DNA of 21,526 bases, taken from the IMG/VR virus record IMGVR_UViG_2778261179_000011. The stretch is one strand, 5' to 3'. A model generated the notes under the pieces. That model did no database searches. It had not been told where the DNA came from and worked only from the letters and a program-made list of their open reading frames with translations. The DNA is from a virus. Its lineage: Duplodnaviria; Heunggongvirae; Uroviricota; Caudoviricetes. This document shows, in pieces, positions 16,782-21,526 of the stretch. The stretch's first letter is position 1. Each line of letters starts with the position of its first letter. Made by a program: the position numbers and the translations under genes.

Positions 16782-18697
16782 GCCGCTACCCCCGCTTTCT
16801 GGATTGCTACCAACAGATCAGCCAGGTGGCGAGCTGCGCCGTTAACCAGCTCTTCGTTTTCCTCAAAACGTCCGGCAGCCTGAAGGGCTGCAATCGCTTC
16901 CCGGACATTGCCCCGGGCGTTACGGATCTCCGCCATGTCAGTGCTTTGCATATCCATTACGTTATTGAGATATTCAATGGCTTTATTAGCCTCTGCATCT
17001 GCTTCGCTAACCGTTTCATCAGGCTGTGCCGGGGCCGGTTCTGGCTGAGTAATCTCACCGACTTCGGCCTGCAATGCATTGATCATGCTCTGCACCATTT
17101 TCTCGGTGCCAGCGCCCCCAGGAAACGCAATATTGGGGAAAGTTTTTTGAAACTGAGTTTTCAGCATTACGCGGAACTCGTCTGGTGAGCTGGTGGCCAG
17201 CTCCAGAGCTTTTTGTGCATATTTGCCAAACGGACCATTAGTAAGTGTCTTCGCCAGGAAGTCGAAAGAATCCTCGCGAGGCAATAACTTCAGGTCGTAC
17301 TCACTCATTTGCTGATCAGAAAGCGGGGTATCGTAAGTAGCAATGCCGTAGCGTGCATATTCATAATACGGGTCACCTTCATCAGGGCGCGGCAGAATTG
17401 CTTTGTTACCTTCAGGTATTGCGCCAGGGGCCGCCGGACGCATTTGCAGGGCATATCGATATGCACCTACAGAGACTTCTGGTTCAGGCGAAGAGCTACC
17501 GGTATCCTCCGCTGGTTCAGGTTCGACGTTTTCCGGTTTATGTTCTTCTGGTTGGACCTGGTATTCCGATACATTACCCGCTTTATAGGCTTTAAACAGC
17601 TTGCCGATCGCATCTGCCATGTCCACACCCTGTATGGATTTAGCCTTGATCATGTACACGCTGCCATCCGAATCGGTTAACTGGATATACCCTTCGCCGT
17701 CCTCAATGAATTGCTTCATTGATGCACCATTACTGAGCGTCACTTCCCCGTTCATATGCATACGATTTTTGATACTGGCAAGGCGATCCATCATCGCGCG
17801 AGAGTGTCCACCAGTCATCCCCGCAGGAGCAATGGTATCGCGCCCACCAGTGCGATTGAGCTGATCAATCTCCGTCTGCAAACGCTCATTCTCTTCATAA
17901 AGAGAATCCGCTTCCGATGCAACAGCGTTAATTTTCTGCTCCAGATCTGCCTTCTGCCCTTCTACCGCTGCCACCTGATCCACGAGGTCGCTCATGGCAT
18001 CCTCTTTCTGGTCACTGTCAGCCTGTAGTTGGGTTATTTCATCAACAAGGGCTTTTTTCTTCTTCTGCGCACGCTGGAATTTTGCCGAGTTTTTCTCTGC
18101 AAGGTTGGCAAGTTTCATGGTGACCTGCGCCAGCGTCATATCACGTCCACTCATCGGAGCAACGGTATGAGTAACGTCTTTTTTATTCAGTAAGAACTGG
18201 AAAGCAATCAGCGTATCGCTATTGGTGATCCGGTTTTCCGCTGTCGGGCTATGAAACAGAATGCTGATAGTCTGACCATCACTGAGCGGAATAATGGCTG
18301 GCAGGACTGGCAGCCCGTTAACGTTACGTGCCCGGCCAATTTCAGCGCCGCCGATCGCGCGCGCGCCGCTCTGGGCCACATCCCCCGTTTTATCACTCCC
18401 CGCAGATATTCCGGTACCATTCAGCTTCTGGTTCAATGCCCGGACAAATGCCTGCATGGTCCGGTGTAACTGCAAACGAGTAGAACTAATCGCCTCCAGT
18501 AAATCCGTAGCACACCAGTGGATCGGCGTGTCATAGAAGAACGTAGCCTCGATTTCTTCCAGGGTGTTGGATTCCGTCATCAGATAGCGGTCCTCACCGG
18601 CCATTAATGCGCGATATTCATCATCAGTCACTGGCGGGGGAAGCACGTCAAGCCCAGGCTTGATCGTCACCCCTTTATTGATATTGAACTGTTCCAT
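16778..18697 (-). CDS. darA: DarA-like protein, 639 aa (antirestriction / capsid morphogenesis component in P1)
   Basis: ATG with RBS AGGAAATTAAC; central coiled-coil segment. Contains a segment paralogous to the upstream 203-aa protein (shared ...DGQ...I...NSAKFQ...), the relationship that defines P1 hdf as a homologue of a DarA fragment. Confidence 0.65.
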   Translation of the reverse strand: MEQFNINKGVTIKPGLDVLPPPVTDDEYRALMAGEDRYLMTESNTLEEIEATFFYDTPIHWCATDLLEAISSTRLQLHRTMQAFVRALNQKLNGTGISAGSDKTGDVAQSGARAIGGAEIGRARNVNGLPVLPAIIPLSDGQTISILFHSPTAENRITNSDTLIAFQFLLNKKDVTHTVAPMSGRDMTLAQVTMKLANLAEKNSAKFQRAQKKKKALVDEITQLQADSDQKEDAMSDLVDQVAAVEGQKADLEQKINAVASEADSLYEENERLQTEIDQLNRTGGRDTIAPAGMTGGHSRAMMDRLASIKNRMHMNGEVTLSNGASMKQFIEDGEGYIQLTDSDGSVYMIKAKSIQGVDMADAIGKLFKAYKAGNVSEYQVQPEEHKPENVEPEPAEDTGSSSPEPEVSVGAYRYALQMRPAAPGAIPEGNKAILPRPDEGDPYYEYARYGIATYDTPLSDQQMSEYDLKLLPREDSFDFLAKTLTNGPFGKYAQKALELATSSPDEFRVMLKTQFQKTFPNIAFPGGAGTEKMVQSMINALQAEVGEITQPEPAPAQPDETVSEADAEANKAIEYLNNVMDMQSTDMAEIRNARGNVREAIAALQAAGRFEENEELVNGAARHLADLLVAIQKAGVAA

Positions 18698-18698
18698 G

Positions 18699-19310
18699 TT
18701 AATTTCCTGCTTTCAGTTGCTTAAGACGGCGTTTGAGTTCGCCATTTCGGGCCTTTTCGTTATTGAGTCGGCCTGTCTCCTTATCCAGCTTCGCCCGCAA
18801 ATCAGTGATCTGCTGTTGATTGAAAGACACCGAGTTCTGCGCTGATTTATAAGCGGCAACCACCTGAGCATTCCGCTGTTTTGCCTCTTGCAGGCGCTGA
18901 AAGTTGGATTTTACTGCCGGTTTCTTGTCTACCGGATTGGCAACACGTTTCGCTTTGGCGATCAGTGATTTCTGGAATTTTGCGGAGTTTTTGCGGGCCG
19001 CTTGCCCCATGACGGTACCAAGCGTCTTGATATCCGGCGACTGAGCGTTAGGAATAGCTTTTCCATTCAGCCTCACAGACGATATATCGCCAGTATCGTT
19101 TACCTGTATGGCAAGAATTTGTCCGTCGTTAAGAACCAGCTTTGCGGTTTTAACTTTAACGCCATCTTTCGTTGTTGCGCGGTTGCTGGAGTCAACCTCA
19201 ATTACCGTAACACCGGTTTTATTGATCGCCGCGATAAGGGATTTCAGCCCCTTTTCATTAACCTGGTCAAAATCGACCGTTGCATACTTATTTTTCGTCA
19301 TCTGACACAT
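18699..19310 (-). CDS. hdf: Hdf-like protein (homologue of DarA fragment), 203 aa
   Basis: Shares the NSAKFQ-containing segment with the 639-aa protein. Its stop TAA abuts the darA-like ATG. Lysine-rich coiled-coil C-terminus. Confidence 0.6.
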   Translation of the reverse strand: MCQMTKNKYATVDFDQVNEKGLKSLIAAINKTGVTVIEVDSSNRATTKDGVKVKTAKLVLNDGQILAIQVNDTGDISSVRLNGKAIPNAQSPDIKTLGTVMGQAARKNSAKFQKSLIAKAKRVANPVDKKPAVKSNFQRLQEAKQRNAQVVAAYKSAQNSVSFNQQQITDLRAKLDKETGRLNNEKARNGELKRRLKQLKAGN

Positions 19311-19731
19311 CCTGTGCGAGATTTATTACGTAACTTCTGCGGATTTGCTGAGTAACAGGGAAAATCCGATACAACGGGTTAATGAACGAGTCGCCATGCG
19401 TAACCATGACGTTGAAATGCCACAGTCGCTCTCCTTTACCCATATATTCAGTGGGTATGTACAACCATTCACTGTTTTCGCCCTGTTCAGCCGACGTCAA
19501 ACAACGTTGTTCGCCTTCAATCACTGTCGTCGGCTTCTGAACATCGCGGATCCAATATCTGACCGTTGCGCCGCGCAAAAACGGGAATTTAGACCGGTAT
19601 TTGAACGGCACCCGGATGAAACCCGGTTTAATTTCCACATCACCAAGTTCTAAATGCGTGATGTCCTTGCGTTTTAGCAAATAGCGATCGGCTAAGGCTA
19701 ACGCAAGAACGCATACACCCCAGCCAATCAT
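19288..19731 (-). CDS. lydB: LydB-like protein, 147 aa (lysis regulator/antiholin in P1)
   Basis: Starts 4 bp inside the end of the holin-like gene and overlaps hdf by 23 bp. Called by size and position only. Confidence 0.45.
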   Translation of the reverse strand: MIGWGVCVLALALADRYLLKRKDITHLELGDVEIKPGFIRVPFKYRSKFPFLRGATVRYWIRDVQKPTTVIEGEQRCLTSAEQGENSEWLYIPTEYMGKGERLWHFNVMVTHGDSFINPLYRIFPVTQQIRRSYVINLAQDVSDDEK

Positions 19732-20057
19732 TTCCCGCCTCCCTTTTTCACCAAACTTGTAAGAACATTCAGAATGCTATCGATATTCACTCGTTTCATC
19801 CCTGAAATCACCTCATGACCGTTATTGCTGGCTATCGTTACCATTAAGTACGTAATTGATAACTCCCAGCCCTCGTGTTGCCCCAATAGGTACGCCACCG
19901 CGCCAGCTGTCACTGCAACAAAGATCTCCGTAACCAATCCCAACAAATTGCCAGACTGGCGACCGTCTCGGACATCCATCAGGAACGTGCCTATCCCACC
20001 AATTACTGAAAGCAGGAGCGCAATAGCAACTGGAGCTAATTCCTGTGTGTCAAGCAC
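19728..20057 (-). CDS. lydA: LydA-like holin, 109 aa
   Basis: GTG start with a strong SD (TAGGAGGGAACTT-GTG). Two or three hydrophobic helices (VAIALLLSVIGGIGTFL; LLGLVTEIFVAVTAGAVAYLLG) and a charged C-terminus, typical of a small phage holin. Confidence 0.55.
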   Translation of the reverse strand: MLDTQELAPVAIALLLSVIGGIGTFLMDVRDGRQSGNLLGLVTEIFVAVTAGAVAYLLGQHEGWELSITYLMVTIASNNGHEVISGMKRVNIDSILNVLTSLVKKGGGK

Positions 20058-20131
20058 AAGTTCCCTCCTACGTTGTCAGGAGGTAATGGTATGCAAAGTA
20101 ACTTCTCAACCGGTTATGTTGCATAAGAGAC

Positions 20132-20395
20132 TTACCTATTCAACCGACTTTTGGAACCTTCAATAATAAGCCTGCTATTGGCGCTGAAAATAAGAACCAT
20201 GCAGCTCTGAAGGCTTTCATTCATGTCCTTATATTCCGCGAGATACATGCCAATAAAGCCAGCAAGTACGGCGGAAATACATTCGGCCAGCAATTTCTTG
20301 CATGAAGACTCGTAACGGTTTTCACATAGCCCACTCAAATACGAATACACCCCACCAAGAAGGGATAACATCACGATATGTACATAAAATGTCAT
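20132..20395 (-). CDS. Small membrane protein, 87 aa (two predicted transmembrane helices), holin-like
   Basis: ATG start; hydrophobic segments IVMLSLLGGVYSYLSGL and AVLAGFIGMYLAEY. First gene downstream of the 435-bp intergenic region after the invertase. Confidence 0.4.
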   Translation of the reverse strand: MTFYVHIVMLSLLGGVYSYLSGLCENRYESSCKKLLAECISAVLAGFIGMYLAEYKDMNESLQSCMVLIFSANSRLIIEGSKSRLNR

Positions 20396-20466
20396 TTTTT
20401 ACCTATACAACAGTAAGTTGAACAACATTTGAGAACGGTATGCACTTTGTGATTTCCACACACACT

Positions 20467-20485
20467 GGTTTTGTTAATTAAAACC
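20467..20485. promoter_or_regulatory. Inverted repeat GGTTTT-gttaatt-AAAACC in the lyd/dar operon upstream region
   Basis: Read directly from sequence; 6-bp arms, 7-nt AT-rich spacer, about 70 bp upstream of the 87-aa gene start. Confidence 0.25.
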
Positions 20486-20691
20486 TGTGGCTTGCAATAA
20501 ATAACGATAGTGGGCAAAAAATATGCTAATAGGCTATGTACGCATATAGACAAATGAACAAAACACAGCTATGCAGTGAAAAGCACTTGAAAGCGCAGGA
20601 TGTGAGCTAATTTTTGCGAATAAGGCGAGCAGCAAAAAGGCTGGGCACCCTGGGTTAAAAAAGGTTCTGCGTATGCTTTCCAGAGGTGATA

Positions 20692-20710
20692 CCCTAGTCT
20701 CGGACTAGGG
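20692..20710. repeat. Perfect hairpin/palindrome CCCTAGTC-tcg-GACTAGGG
   Basis: Read directly from sequence; 8-bp arms. A related sequence, CCTAGTCTAGGGG, occurs at 110-122. Confidence 0.4.
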
Positions 20711-20830
20711 ACAACATTTCGAGAACAGTTTTCATTAGCGGTCAGCAGGCGCTAGATACATCGAATTGATGTGCCGCGCGATAAATGTACCTATTCTATC
20801 AAGATAAATTACACCGACGCGGCATTAGAA

Positions 20831-21403
20831 TTACAGCTCAGATTGAGTTTGGCGCTTCTCTACAGGATGATAACGATAAATCGTCGATACACCGATATCG
20901 TAAATAATTGCCAACTGTTTCCTGCTGTAGCCATTTTCGATCAACCTCGCTATTTGCTCATGTTGTTCTTTTGTCAACTTCGGGCGACGTCCGCCAATGC
21001 GTCCCTGTTCGCGTGCAGCTGCCAGTCCGGCCAGTGTTCTCTCAACAATTAATTCACGTTCCATTTCTGCTAAAGCACCCATGACATGAAAAAAGAAACG
21101 CCCCATGGGTGTTGATGTGTCAATACTGTCTGTCAGACTACGGAAATTAACACCTTTTTCCCGCAACTCCTCTATAAGCGTGATAAGGTGTTTCATACTT
21201 CTGCCAAGCCTATCCAGCTTCCAGACAACCAGCGTATCTCCTTCTGATAACGTTCTGAGCAGCTTTTTCAAGCCTGGTCTGGCTGACTTTGTTCCGCTTA
21301 TTTTATCTTCAAAAATCAGTTCACATCCTGCGCAGTTCAGTGCATTTCTTTGTAAATCTGTGTTTTGGTCATTTGTTGACACACGAATGTAGCCAATTTG
21401 CAT
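20831..21403 (-). CDS. cin: Serine DNA invertase of the Cin/Gin/Hin/Pin family (190 aa from ATG 21403)
   Basis: N-terminus MQIGYIRVSTNDQNTDLQRNAL (catalytic Ser), then DTLVVWKLDRLGRSMKHLI and GRFFFHVMGALAEMERELI, and a C-terminal HTH: near-identical to Gin/Cin as I recall them. SD AAAGAGG 8 nt upstream of ATG 21403; the track start at 21412 is an upstream TTG. Confidence 0.9.
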   Translation of the reverse strand: MQIGYIRVSTNDQNTDLQRNALNCAGCELIFEDKISGTKSARPGLKKLLRTLSEGDTLVVWKLDRLGRSMKHLITLIEELREKGVNFRSLTDSIDTSTPMGRFFFHVMGALAEMERELIVERTLAGLAAAREQGRIGGRRPKLTKEQHEQIARLIENGYSRKQLAIIYDIGVSTIYRYHPVEKRQTQSEL

Positions 21404-21457
21404 GAAAAACAACCTCTTTGTTTAGTTAAAAATACATCGTTGGTATAGGTAGGGATT

Positions 21458-21483
21458 AAGACTAAAACGTTGGTTTGGGGGAA
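21458..21483. other. Candidate 26-bp invertase crossover site (cix/gix/hix-like)
   Basis: Plus strand AAGACTAAAACG-TT-GGTTTGGGGGAA; reverse complement TTCCCCCAAACC-AA-CGTTTTAGTCTT, fitting the family half-site consensus TTnTCnnAAACC on one side and partially on the other. Begins 55 bp upstream of the invertase ATG. Confidence 0.4.
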
Positions 21484-21526
21484 GGCTCAGCATTGCCTGT
21501 TGGCGTACCTGTTCCGTGGCCCTCAG

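Noticed and set aside
14148-20166. Plus-strand ORFs within the dar-like operon (14148-14708, 14203-14493, 15451-15849, 16458-16760, 16775-17188, 17309-17680, 17756-18028, 18251-18536, 19002-19355, 19345-19653, 19825-20166, among others)
   Set aside because: All antisense to the long, translationally coupled minus-strand genes; none has a convincing start context.
20467-20485. GGTTTT...AAAACC inverted repeat as a second invertase crossover site
   Set aside because: The arms are in the opposite orientation to the AAACC-nn-GGTTT core of hix/gix/cix sites and it is on the wrong side of the invertase gene; kept only as a possible operator.
20771-21392. Plus-strand ORFs of 93 and 95 aa antisense to the invertase gene
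   Set aside because: The invertase on the minus strand is unambiguous from conserved motifs; these are shadow ORFs.
1-21526. tRNA, rRNA or CRISPR array
   Set aside because: No cloverleaf-compatible tRNA-like segments, no rRNA-like conserved blocks and no regularly spaced direct repeats were seen on visual inspection; not checked with tRNAscan-type tools.

Overview
A ~21.5 kb accessory/defence region that reads like part of a P1-like temperate phage or phage-plasmid (enterobacterial-type composition, roughly 47-50% GC by eye). Two modules are present. (1) Plus strand, 835-11888: a complete Type I restriction-modification operon, hsdM - hsdS - DUF262 protein - DUF262+DUF1524 (GmrSD-like) protein - hsdR - M48/YgjP-like zinc hydrolase, with every junction tight or overlapping, so a putative modification-dependent nuclease pair sits inside a classical Type I system. 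Two small ORFs and a perfect 10-bp inverted repeat lie upstream. (2) Minus strand, 13109-20395: an eight-gene operon whose gene sizes, order and internal paralogy match what I recall of the phage P1 darA antirestriction/lysis operon (lydA, lydB, hdf, darA, ddrA, ddrB), plus a very acidic 105-aa protein. It is followed by a Cin/Gin/Hin-family serine DNA invertase (20831-21403) with a candidate crossover site at the right edge, so the invertible segment would lie beyond the window. A 264-aa ORF of unknown function and a strong bidirectional terminator separate the modules. No rRNA, tRNA or CRISPR array was seen. All calls come from reading motifs in the supplied translations and DNA; no database search was run, and the Dar-operon gene names rest on memory of P1 protein sizes rather than on alignment.
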